Source: Acidobacteriota bacterium
Lineage (GTDB): Bacteria > Acidobacteriota > Holophagae > Acanthopleuribacterales > Acanthopleuribacteraceae
Length of the DNA: 64,000 nt
NCBI GenBank assembly: GCA_020439745.1
Contig: JAGQSC010000013.1
Location: 61,173 to 125,172, forward strand
Direction: 5' to 3'
Part shown: one piece after another, positions 28,493 through 37,154 of the stretch
Layout of the letters: every line of letters begins with the position of its first letter
How positions within the stretch are numbered: the first letter of the stretch is position 1
Notes under the pieces: model-generated
Database searches by the model: none
What the model was told of the DNA's origin: nothing
What the model saw: the letters and a program-made list of their open reading frames with translations, nothing else
Position numbers and translations under genes: made by a program

Positions 28493-29578
28493 ATGGGGGT
28501 TTATATGCAAATGCGAATCGTGGTGCTCTTGCTTGGGGCCCATATTGTGGCCTTAAGTCAGTTACCGGATCGCGACGAGCTGATCGCCAAACTCAATGAT
28601 CCAGCGGCGAGTCAGCAGGCATTTCAAGACCTGGTCGTGCATTATCAGTTGGGTGGCGTGCGCAGTATCCTTAGAAATCTGAACCAATTGCCGGCAGAAA
28701 CACGGATTGCATACGGTCGTGCACTGATGCATCTGGATCTATTCCGGTATCGCAATGATCTCAATGCCAACCTAACTGAAACCAATGACCCGGAAAGCAA
28801 AGCGCTGTATCTTCAAATGCTGGCGACCTTTGGCCGGCAATTGGAATCCAGTGTATTTGAACCCTACATCAACAACGAGCAGGAAGACATCAGGGTTCGG
28901 CTGGCTGCCGTTTCCGGCACGATCAAGATCCAGAATCCTGTGTTCTATGAAAAATTCTATGAGATCGCCAAGGACGCTGAATATGACCCTGAAACAGGGC
29001 AGGACGACTTCGCATTCGCTGATATCGACATGTCAAACCAAGGTTTTTATTACTTTACCCGCGGCAAACTTGCAGCAGACGATGTGTCTGATGCGCATAT
29101 CTTGACCGCCATCAGAATGGCCGATAAACAGAGCACGGAACTCTACACCATGCTCCTGGACCTCAAATCCAAGAAGATCGTGCCCAAGATGATTGACCGC
29201 GCGGTACGCGTAGGGGGGGTCGCCTTACTGGAAGTTATGGAAGGCCACAAGACGGCAAAAAAGATGCTCGACGAAATCAAGAAAGCCAAGACGGCCGCGG
29301 CCGCCATGGCGAAGTACCAGTCCCTTGATGTGAGTAATGCAGAGAGCTATCCCATCGTAGCCGCAGTCCCCCGTACAGTACGCGGAAAAGGGGCCGAAGG
29401 CATGGGCGGGGGATTTGCCGTCATCAAAGTAGCTGAGGACGGAACGGCCACTGTTATGGAACACATGAATCCATTTGGCGGCTCAGATGAAATCAAAGCA
29501 CTGGCGGGCCGAACCTTTGTCCCGGCCATGCTGAACTTTAAGGCGGTTGAATCGTTCGTCTTTGTGACTGCACCTTGA
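28493..29578 (+). CDS. Hypothetical secreted protein
   Basis: Signal-peptide-like MQMRIVVLLLGAHIVALSQ. Mostly helical composition with no domain recognised. Start uncertain (28448, 28493, 28505 or 28511). Confidence 0.55.
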   Translation: MGVYMQMRIVVLLLGAHIVALSQLPDRDELIAKLNDPAASQQAFQDLVVHYQLGGVRSILRNLNQLPAETRIAYGRALMHLDLFRYRNDLNANLTETNDPESKALYLQMLATFGRQLESSVFEPYINNEQEDIRVRLAAVSGTIKIQNPVFYEKFYEIAKDAEYDPETGQDDFAFADIDMSNQGFYYFTRGKLAADDVSDAHILTAIRMADKQSTELYTMLLDLKSKKIVPKMIDRAVRVGGVALLEVMEGHKTAKKMLDEIKKAKTAAAAMAKYQSLDVSNAESYPIVAAVPRTVRGKGAEGMGGGFAVIKVAEDGTATVMEHMNPFGGSDEIKALAGRTFVPAMLNFKAVESFVFVTAP

Positions 29579-29602
29579 GATCAAACGTATGTTCAAATGA
29601 GA

Positions 29603-29632
29603 ATGGCGCAAGGATCGATCACCTTGCGCCAT
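29603..29632. terminator. Hairpin between convergent transcription units
   Basis: 11-bp stem ATGGCGCAAGG (29603-29613) / CCTTGCGCCAT (29622-29632) with an 8-nt loop. It lies between the plus-strand cluster end (29578) and the minus-strand hmgA unit. Confidence 0.5.
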
Positions 29633-29640
29633 CAGGTCTT

Positions 29641-29730
29641 TTAGTTGTCTTCCGATAGACTCAGGGCGTACGCGGCAATGGCCACGAACACGGACGCGAT
29701 CCACACACAAGCTCCTAGCTGAAGAAACAC
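29641..29730 (-). CDS. Candidate 29-aa hydrophobic peptide downstream of hmgA
   Basis: AGGAGG, 6 nt, then a GTG start. Encodes (M)FLQLGACVWIASVFVAIAAYALSLSEDN, one predicted TM helix. Below the ORF-track size cut-off and followed by the 29603-29632 hairpin. Confidence 0.3.
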   Translation of the reverse strand: MFLQLGACVWIASVFVAIAAYALSLSEDN

Positions 29731-29785
29731 AAGGCACCTCCTTTGATGACCCATCAAAGTTAGCCCTTTTTTCAGACAGCGTTTG

Positions 29786-30940
29786 TCATGGGAGCCATGA
29801 TTTGTGGTACGCGCGATCCATGACGGGTGGCACCTGCTGGGTCATCAGCAAGGGCTTGAAGGTATCCACCATCACGGCATACTCATAAACCTCTTTCTTG
29901 CCGATGCTAGCCTCAATTTTGCCCGGTTGTGGGCCATGAGGCACATCCCCTGGGTGGAGGGTAATGGAGCCCATTTCAATGCCTTTGCGACTCATGAAGT
30001 CGCCTTCCACGTAATACAACACCTCATCACTGTCCACGTTTTGGTGGAAATACGGCGCGGGAATCGCCTGAGGATGCCAGTCGAATAGGCGCGGCACAAA
30101 ATTGCAGACCACGAAGCCCGCCGACTGGAAAACTTGATGTACCGGCGGCGGTAAATGTATCTTGGCCACCGAAGGGATGTATTCGTGGATATTGAAGGCC
30201 CAAGGGTACAAATACCCGTCCCAGCCCACCACATCAAACGGGTGATGATCCAATTCATACTCGTAGAACAGGTTTCGGCGCTTAATCACCAAGCGTTGTG
30301 GATCCTTGTTCACGATGGGTTCGCGAAATGCAGGTCGTTTGATATCCCGTTCACAATAAGGTGCGTGTTCCAAGAGTTGTCCAAACTCGTTGCGGAATCG
30401 CTTGGGCGTCTCAATGGGTGAGAATGATTCGATAATAAAAAATCGATTATCAGCAGATACGTGTTCCAATCGAATCATGACACCCCGAGGAACCACCAGG
30501 TAATCGCCCTGGGTGAATGTCAACACACCATAGGGTGAATGAAGCTCCCCTTCCCCACGATGCACAAACAAGATCTCGTCCGCTTGAGAATTGCGGTAGA
30601 ACCTATCGTCCAATTCCGTAAAACTCGCCGTGGACAAAGTCACATCGTCGTTGTACATAAAGCACCGACGACCCGAAACGATGTCGCCCCCATGTTCCAC
30701 ACGATTGGTAAAGAAATGGTACGGCTGAACCGGAGCATCTGCCCACGGCTCAATCAATCGGTGATTGATCTCTTTGATTTCTCGATATCGAGTCGGTGGA
30801 TTCACGTGATAAAGGGTGGAGTAAATACCTGAAAACCCCAAAGTGCTGTAAAGCTCTTCCCAATACATGCCTCCGCTGGGCGATTCGTACACTATATGTT
30901 TCTTTTGCGGTAGTTTGCCGAGTTGATGGTAAATAGGCAT
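29786..30940 (-). CDS. hmgA: Homogentisate 1,2-dioxygenase (short ~385-aa form)
   Basis: MPIYHQLGKLPQKKHIVYESP..GMYWEELYSTLGFSG and a cupin core with His/Glu iron ligand contexts. Adjacent to hppD. Confidence 0.9.
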   Translation of the reverse strand: MPIYHQLGKLPQKKHIVYESPSGGMYWEELYSTLGFSGIYSTLYHVNPPTRYREIKEINHRLIEPWADAPVQPYHFFTNRVEHGGDIVSGRRCFMYNDDVTLSTASFTELDDRFYRNSQADEILFVHRGEGELHSPYGVLTFTQGDYLVVPRGVMIRLEHVSADNRFFIIESFSPIETPKRFRNEFGQLLEHAPYCERDIKRPAFREPIVNKDPQRLVIKRRNLFYEYELDHHPFDVVGWDGYLYPWAFNIHEYIPSVAKIHLPPPVHQVFQSAGFVVCNFVPRLFDWHPQAIPAPYFHQNVDSDEVLYYVEGDFMSRKGIEMGSITLHPGDVPHGPQPGKIEASIGKKEVYEYAVMVDTFKPLLMTQQVPPVMDRAYHKSWLP

Positions 30941-30951
30941 CTGTGACCCCT

Positions 30952-32046
30952 TTACAGGTTTCCGCGGCGGGCTTGCTCGCGCTCGATGGACTCGAAGAGC
31001 GATTGAAAATTGTTCTGGCCAAAGCCGTCACAGCCTTTGCGTTCAATAATCTCGTAGAAAAGGGTTGGTCGATCCCCCACCGGCTGCGTGAACAACTGCA
31101 AGAGATAGCCCTTTTCATCGCGATCAAGCAGAATGTCCAACTCGGCAAGCTCTTTGATATCTTCATCAATATTGTGAGCACGATCTCCAATCACTTCGTA
31201 ATAGGTTTGGGGCGTACCAATAAACTCAACGCCATTGGCGCGCATGGCGCGAATGGTCTTGACGATATCAGCCGTTTCAATGGCGATGTGTTGCACACCA
31301 GCACCGTAATTCACGTCCAAGTACTCTTCAATCTGGCTCTTCTTGATACCTTCAGCGGGTTCGTTGATTGGCAAACGAACAGCCGTATTCTTGGACCTCA
31401 CCACCTTTGAAACCAGCGAGCTGTACTGGGTGGAAATATCGCCCTTGTCAAAGTGAATAAACGTCTCAAGATCGGCAGTCTTTTCAAAGAACTCGGCCCA
31501 GAAATTCATCTTGCCCACTTCGACGTTGCCAACAATATGGTCAATACGAACCAATCCTGTGTCCTCAAGCTTCATTTGCGGACCTTCATAAGGCTCATAG
31601 CCAGGTAGCAGACCTGAGTATTTCGAGCGATCGACAAAAGTCAGAATGGTGTCGCCATAGATCTTGACGGATCCGCGCACTAACGTACCTTGGTCATCCT
31701 TGTCCGTGTAAGGTTTCTTGTACATTTCGGCTCCATGGGCAATGGCGTGCTCAAAGGCACTGTAGACGTCCGTCACCTTGAACGTGATCTCGCGAATGCC
31801 GTCACCGTGACGGGTTACAAAATTGTGGATATCATGCTCCGGTACGATTGCTGATGTGATGGCAAACATCAACTCGTTGCACGTTAACAGGTACGAGATT
31901 CGGTCTCGAACACCCGTCTCCGGTCCCATATAACCCGCGATATCAAATCCGTACAACCGCGCGTAGTAATAGGCACTATGGCGCGCGTTGCCCACATAAT
32001 GCTGTACATAGTCAAATCCTTTTATTTCCAATGAAGAATATGCCAC
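30952..32046 (-). CDS. hppD: 4-hydroxyphenylpyruvate dioxygenase
   Basis: Two VOC modules. C-terminal FYEIIERKGCDGFGQNNFQSLFESIEREQARRGNL is diagnostic of HPPD. Confidence 0.9.
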   Translation of the reverse strand: MAYSSLEIKGFDYVQHYVGNARHSAYYYARLYGFDIAGYMGPETGVRDRISYLLTCNELMFAITSAIVPEHDIHNFVTRHGDGIREITFKVTDVYSAFEHAIAHGAEMYKKPYTDKDDQGTLVRGSVKIYGDTILTFVDRSKYSGLLPGYEPYEGPQMKLEDTGLVRIDHIVGNVEVGKMNFWAEFFEKTADLETFIHFDKGDISTQYSSLVSKVVRSKNTAVRLPINEPAEGIKKSQIEEYLDVNYGAGVQHIAIETADIVKTIRAMRANGVEFIGTPQTYYEVIGDRAHNIDEDIKELAELDILLDRDEKGYLLQLFTQPVGDRPTLFYEIIERKGCDGFGQNNFQSLFESIEREQARRGNL

Positions 32047-32071
32047 GATGTCCTCCTTATTCCGCCAGCAC

Positions 32072-32551
32072 TCAGTCTTCTTGAGGTGTCAAGGGCACCG
32101 CGGCCCCTTCTTTCACGGTACTTAAGACCACCCATGTGTGTATCTTGTTCAAGCCTTCAATATGCGACAAACGGTCCACCACAAAGCGTTTGTAACCCTC
32201 CTGGCTTTCCACCTGAACTTTGAGTAGAAAATCAATACCCCCAGCTATGTGGTAGCACTCAACCACTTCTTCCAATTCACGCAATCGACTTTCGAGGTCG
32301 CTCACGTAATTGAGCTGTTTCACATCCACGTTAATCGCTACATACGCCGCAAAAGACCTACCCAGTGCCTCGTGATCGAGAATGGCGCGATAACCCTTGA
32401 TCAAGCCTGACCGCTCAAGCTTCTTGACGCGTTCTGACATCGGCGGTGCCGATAACCCAACCTGCTCAGCCAATTTGGAGTTTGTGATGCGCCCATCTTC
32501 CTGAAGAATGTTCAGGATGTGATAGTCCAAGTGATCCAGCTTTTGCCTCAT
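32072..32551 (-). CDS. Lrp/AsnC-family transcriptional regulator
   Basis: HTH LDYHILNILQEDGRITNSKLAEQVGLSAPPMSERVKKLERSGLIKGY plus a RAM/ACT-like C-domain. Start at MRQKLD. Confidence 0.85.
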   Translation of the reverse strand: MRQKLDHLDYHILNILQEDGRITNSKLAEQVGLSAPPMSERVKKLERSGLIKGYRAILDHEALGRSFAAYVAINVDVKQLNYVSDLESRLRELEEVVECYHIAGGIDFLLKVQVESQEGYKRFVVDRLSHIEGLNKIHTWVVLSTVKEGAAVPLTPQED

Positions 32552-32666
32552 ATCGTCTCCCAGCCTCATTAAACGCGAGAAACGACGTATATGTCAAAAC
32601 AAAATTACGAAATTCAGACGATGTTCGTAATTATATTATGAGTATCGATTCATATTCATAACTATC

Positions 32667-34958
32667 TTATGGTCGCCTGCGTGATACAAGTGGTATAAAA
32701 ACAACCGTTACAAAAAGGCACGCAAGTAGCCCTAGATCCACCAGAAGACCCATCTGTTGAAGTGCCGGATAAGGTGCAAGCGCCAGAGATCCAAAACCAA
32801 TCATGGTGGAAAGACTGGTCATGAGAATGCCGTGCGCACTGGCTTGCCAGTGTTTCAGTCGGTCCTCGTGGTCAAACCAGACCGCCATATGAATGGCATC
32901 GTCAATCCCGATACCCAATAGAAGAGGAACCACAGCTAGGTTTGCCAAGCTCAGGCTGCCGCCACTCAAGACCAACAAACCGAGCGTCATCAAAACGGCC
33001 AGCAACAATGCCAATGCCACTCGCACCACAAAACGCAGTCTTTTGAGTCCAAGCCACAAAACAAGTACCAGAATTGGGGCCAAAACAAGAACCACTTCTC
33101 GAAAACTGTGTTTAAGCAGGACCACGAGTGCTTCTTGTAACTGCGGCACGGACGTAAGAACGCCCGAATCAAGAGGTTGGCCAGGCAATTGACCCGTAAA
33201 GGTGAATCGTTGACCGAATGACAGTGCATCTTCGCTTTGCCTTAACATGAGTGACATGGCTTGTTGGTAGTCCGCGTCGGTCAAAAGGCTCCGCCAGTCA
33301 TTGTCGCCACTGGGCCAAGAGAAAGCATTCTGATTCAGCCCCCGGGGCCAATGGTCCATTGGTACCGTCAAATCGCGCTTAGGTGCGTCGGGGTTGGGCA
33401 AAACCAACCTTGGGTCTGGAGTGGGCGTGACGCCCAACTTGAGGAGTTGAGCGCGACTGGACTCGACCCGCGCATACAGCGATGGATAGTCATGGGCACT
33501 GACATACCAATAGACCGTTTCTGGAAGGCCTGCAAAATCACGTGCGAACGCGTTTTCTGATGCCTCCAGTTCGGGGGTCTTGTGTCTTAATTCGCGGAGG
33601 TCCGCCTGAAAATGAATTCGCCACACCGGCACCGCCAGCAATGCGAACCCACCGGCCATCATCCACCCTTTGCGAGATGGCACGCTTTCAGCCCAGGCCA
33701 CCAAGCGAGACACGAACGACGCGTGTTTGGCTATGGCTGGTCGAATGCCAAAAACCACCTGACCCACGGGTACAAGGATGAAACTGGATAACTGGGCCAC
33801 AGCCACACCCACACCACATAACAAACCCAATTCCCTCATGACGGGAAGATCCACAAGAAGCAGGCTGGCAAATGCACAAACGGTTGTGAGCATGGCAGCC
33901 ATCAATGGGCGAATGAGGGAGCGATATCGTTCGCGAGCACCGTTCTCTTTCCAATCAACCACACTCATCATGTGTACAGCCGCATCCACACCCAGTCCCA
34001 TGACCACACTGGCAAACGACGCGGTGAGGATGTTGATCGATGTTCCCCGCAGCACCAACACTGTGGATGCCGCCACCACACCCCACATTACTGCCGGAAG
34101 CGGCACAAAAAATGCCGACCAACGTCCGTAGGCCCAACGAAACAAACCAATCAACAACAACAAGCTGGCAAAGAGGGTACGCGTGATTCCACTTCGGATG
34201 CCTTGAGCATCCGAAACCGCATACAGGTGGCCCGAAAAATAGTACGCCTCGGCCTCTGCGGGAAATGCACGCATCACTCGATCCAGATCGTCAATGTATC
34301 GCTGTGCAAATGCGCCCTCAAAAGCCGACTGATGCGGCACCAACATCAATACGCGCTTCTCTCCGTTTGGGGTGTAGTAGTAGCCGTCAATCTCCTTGAG
34401 GGGCCCTGAAGAGCCAGGTTCAAAGTGAACATGACGTAGGACTCCGGTGGGGTCCAACTTCAGCAAAGTGACTTCTTCCTGTGCCGTGAATCCCCCCAGT
34501 TTTTCCAGCAACTGCTGAAACCGAATCGCCAACTCATCGTCACTTAATGAAGCCGAATAGTCAGCCCAAGCCGATTCATCCAAAAACAGACCGGGCCGAT
34601 GGCAGATAGCTTCAATGATGGGCAAAAACGCGTCCAGATCCGGACCTGCATAAGCGTCCTTGACGGTATCCAACTCTATGAACCAGTTGGTGACGTCATC
34701 TGGATCCAGATCGTCCAAATCCTCGTAGACCACGAATGAAGGTTCAACCTGACCAAACTCACGCAAAAAGGAACGAAAGGCATCTACTTGCGGGTGGCCT
34801 TCGGGAAAAATGTGGGTGATGTCCGTTTCAACCGAAATATTCGGGATGAGCAGGCCCAGTGCGACTGCGCACAGAACTAAGGACAGCACCAAGACTGCCC
34901 GCGCGTGGCGCATTCCCGCTTCTAAGATTGCGAACAGAGTGCGTTCCAGATGCCGCAT
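32667..34958 (-). CDS. MMPL / RND-superfamily exporter (HpnN-like)
   Basis: Two 6-TM bundles separated by large periplasmic loops, typical MMPL topology. Start chosen at MRHLERTLFAILEAG. Confidence 0.75.
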   Translation of the reverse strand: MRHLERTLFAILEAGMRHARAVLVLSLVLCAVALGLLIPNISVETDITHIFPEGHPQVDAFRSFLREFGQVEPSFVVYEDLDDLDPDDVTNWFIELDTVKDAYAGPDLDAFLPIIEAICHRPGLFLDESAWADYSASLSDDELAIRFQQLLEKLGGFTAQEEVTLLKLDPTGVLRHVHFEPGSSGPLKEIDGYYYTPNGEKRVLMLVPHQSAFEGAFAQRYIDDLDRVMRAFPAEAEAYYFSGHLYAVSDAQGIRSGITRTLFASLLLLIGLFRWAYGRWSAFFVPLPAVMWGVVAASTVLVLRGTSINILTASFASVVMGLGVDAAVHMMSVVDWKENGARERYRSLIRPLMAAMLTTVCAFASLLLVDLPVMRELGLLCGVGVAVAQLSSFILVPVGQVVFGIRPAIAKHASFVSRLVAWAESVPSRKGWMMAGGFALLAVPVWRIHFQADLRELRHKTPELEASENAFARDFAGLPETVYWYVSAHDYPSLYARVESSRAQLLKLGVTPTPDPRLVLPNPDAPKRDLTVPMDHWPRGLNQNAFSWPSGDNDWRSLLTDADYQQAMSLMLRQSEDALSFGQRFTFTGQLPGQPLDSGVLTSVPQLQEALVVLLKHSFREVVLVLAPILVLVLWLGLKRLRFVVRVALALLLAVLMTLGLLVLSGGSLSLANLAVVPLLLGIGIDDAIHMAVWFDHEDRLKHWQASAHGILMTSLSTMIGFGSLALAPYPALQQMGLLVDLGLLACLFVTVVFIPLVSRRRP

Positions 34959-35035
34959 TGAGGGAGCATAGCAAAGCACACCTTCCACGCCAATAACCCA
35001 CACTCCTGATATAATTCAAAGTTTGGAGTGTGCGC

Positions 35036-36421
35036 ATGAAAAAGGCCGTAGCCACCACCCATCGCCGCAAGGGCGGCGTGGTAATCCGACAAGTTACAGA
35101 GTCATCGCTCGCAGCGTCATGCGGTCTTGAAGCTGGTGACACGATCTATGCCATCAATGAGCAAGTGATCCCCGACAGCCTCTCTTACCAATTCAATATC
35201 GCTTTTCCTCAACTCAACATGGTGATTCAAAAATCCAATGGTGAGACGTGGGAGCTCGAATTGGAAAACGATTTCAGCGAACCCTTTGGTGTGGACTTGG
35301 AAGAGGATCCCATCATGTTGTGTCGCAACAAGTGCATCTTCTGTTTTGTGGACCAGAACCCAAAGGGTTATCGCAAGAGTCTGTTGATCAAAGACGAAGA
35401 CATACGTTTGTCCTTCATGTACGGAAACTACACCACGCTTTCATCAACAGACGAAGCCGAGGAAGACCGAATCATTCGCGAGCGTATTTCACCGCTTTAC
35501 GTGTCCGTACATGCGACCGATCCTGAAACACGCATCTTCATGCTCAAGAGCAAGAAACAGGGGTACATCATGCCGCGACTGCGTAAGTTCGCAGCAGGCG
35601 GCATTGATATTCATGCCCAGATTGTCTTGTGCCCCGGCATCAATGACGGCTCGATCCTAAAACAAACGCTTTCGGAGCTGAGCGAGCTCTACCCAAGACT
35701 GAAATCCATTGCCATCGTGCCGCTGGGCATTACCAAGCATCGCCTTGGATTGGTCCACCTGACCCCAATAACCGATGCCTATTGCGCATCGTTCCTCGAT
35801 GAAATCGAGGCGGTTCGGGTCACGTTCCAGAAGAAACTGGGTGACCCATTGGTTTATCTGGGTGACGAGTTCTATCTCCGCGCTGGTCGAGAAATTCCGC
35901 CAGCCAAGGCATATCGCGACTTTCCACAATTTGAAAACGGCATCGGCATGATCCGTAGATTCACGGATACCTTCGAAAAACGCCTGCCCAAAACCAGGCT
36001 CAAGCCGCAGACCCACGGAACGGTGACCACCGGTACGCTTTTTGGCCCGGTCCTTACACAACTCGTGGCCAAGATGAATGAGGACCACGGCACTCGGGTT
36101 CGGGTACGCGCCATTGTCAATGATTCCTTTGGATCTGATTTGATTACTGTGGCCGGACTGGTCCACGGCCGAGACATGATGGATCAGCTCGCAGACGAAG
36201 AGTTGGGTGATTTCATCGCCATTCCTCAAGTCATGCTGCGTGACGGAGACGACCAGATTATGGTGGATGACTATGCACCCCACCATTTAGCCCAGAAGTT
36301 TCATAGGCCAGTGGTCGTGACGCCCAACGAAGCAGACGGGTTCTTGCGCGTACTTTCAAATTGGCAGGCGCATGTGGTGGCGACTCCACCCTCAGCCAAG
36401 ACCCAAGCAAGTGCCTCATGA
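35036..36421 (+). CDS. PDZ-domain radical-SAM-like protein (DUF512 / TIGR03279 type)
   Basis: N-terminal PDZ (GGVVIRQVTESSLAASCGLEAGDTIYAING-like). CX3CX2C cluster CRNKCIFC. TGGAG 7 nt upstream of the ATG at 35036. Confidence 0.75.
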   Translation: MKKAVATTHRRKGGVVIRQVTESSLAASCGLEAGDTIYAINEQVIPDSLSYQFNIAFPQLNMVIQKSNGETWELELENDFSEPFGVDLEEDPIMLCRNKCIFCFVDQNPKGYRKSLLIKDEDIRLSFMYGNYTTLSSTDEAEEDRIIRERISPLYVSVHATDPETRIFMLKSKKQGYIMPRLRKFAAGGIDIHAQIVLCPGINDGSILKQTLSELSELYPRLKSIAIVPLGITKHRLGLVHLTPITDAYCASFLDEIEAVRVTFQKKLGDPLVYLGDEFYLRAGREIPPAKAYRDFPQFENGIGMIRRFTDTFEKRLPKTRLKPQTHGTVTTGTLFGPVLTQLVAKMNEDHGTRVRVRAIVNDSFGSDLITVAGLVHGRDMMDQLADEELGDFIAIPQVMLRDGDDQIMVDDYAPHHLAQKFHRPVVVTPNEADGFLRVLSNWQAHVVATPPSAKTQASAS

Positions 36422-36525
36422 AGAGATGGATCCTAATTCTGTTCATGGGCAGTTGTTTTTGGCTTGGAGCTTGCGGAAAAAAGGGACCTCCGAAACCCGT
36501 CGCGCAGATTGAGCGAGGTCCATGA
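36418..36525 (+). CDS. 35-aa lipoprotein, LptM/YifL-like (LPAM_2-type)
   Basis: Not in the ORF track. Sequence MKRWILILFMGSCFWLGACGKKGPPKPVAQIERGP. Lipobox LGAC followed by GKKGP, resembling the E. coli YifL/LptM ..TGCGLKGPLYFP. ATGA overlaps at both ends (36418-36421 and 36522-36525). Confidence 0.5.
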   Translation: MKRWILILFMGSCFWLGACGKKGPPKPVAQIERGP

Positions 36526-37154
36526 CCCTTCCGACGATCAGAGCCTGCCTGGCCGCCAGTCTGGACGGCAAGTTGAGCGGTGGTGCGCGTATGCCCGATT
36601 TCACGTCCCGAGCAGACAGGCACCGGCTATTCGCGCTACGCGCCCAAAGTGATTTGATTCTCGTAGGTGCCGAGACCGTCAGGAGCGAGAATTTGGCCCC
36701 GTTGATTCGGGACCCAAAACTGGTTCAGGATCGGGTCGCCAATGGCCTGCAACCTCACCCTGACGTGGCTATTGTCAGTAGAAGTGGTGCGCTCCGCTGG
36801 CAAAGCGATTACTTTTCACACCCTGTGACGTTCCTGCTGGTTTCCCCCACCCATCCGCCAGAGATGCCAAGTCGCATCGTTTATGTGCCGGTGGATCAAG
36901 AGCTAGGCGCGGGCATGCACCGCTTGTTTGATTTGGGCTATAGAAACGTGCTTTGCGAAGGGGGCGGTCGCTTGATCCACGCCATGCTCGCGGAAAACCT
37001 GATTGGCGAACTGCACGTAACGCTGGCGCCAACCGTGCTCGGTGGCGAAACGGACTTGGCCCGGGGTGCGTGGTTGAACCCCAGGCCGCAATTCACGTTA
37101 AGTAGCGTCGATCAGATCGGCGATGAGCTCCATCTGGTTTATTTGTCTAAGTGA
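36522..37154 (+). CDS. RibD C-terminal-domain (dihydrofolate-reductase-like) reductase
   Basis: RACLAASLDGKLS.., ..DLILVGAETVRSENL.., ..VLCEGGGRLIHAML.. are typical of the RibD_C fold. Confidence 0.7.
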   Translation: MTLPTIRACLAASLDGKLSGGARMPDFTSRADRHRLFALRAQSDLILVGAETVRSENLAPLIRDPKLVQDRVANGLQPHPDVAIVSRSGALRWQSDYFSHPVTFLLVSPTHPPEMPSRIVYVPVDQELGAGMHRLFDLGYRNVLCEGGGRLIHAMLAENLIGELHVTLAPTVLGGETDLARGAWLNPRPQFTLSSVDQIGDELHLVYLSK

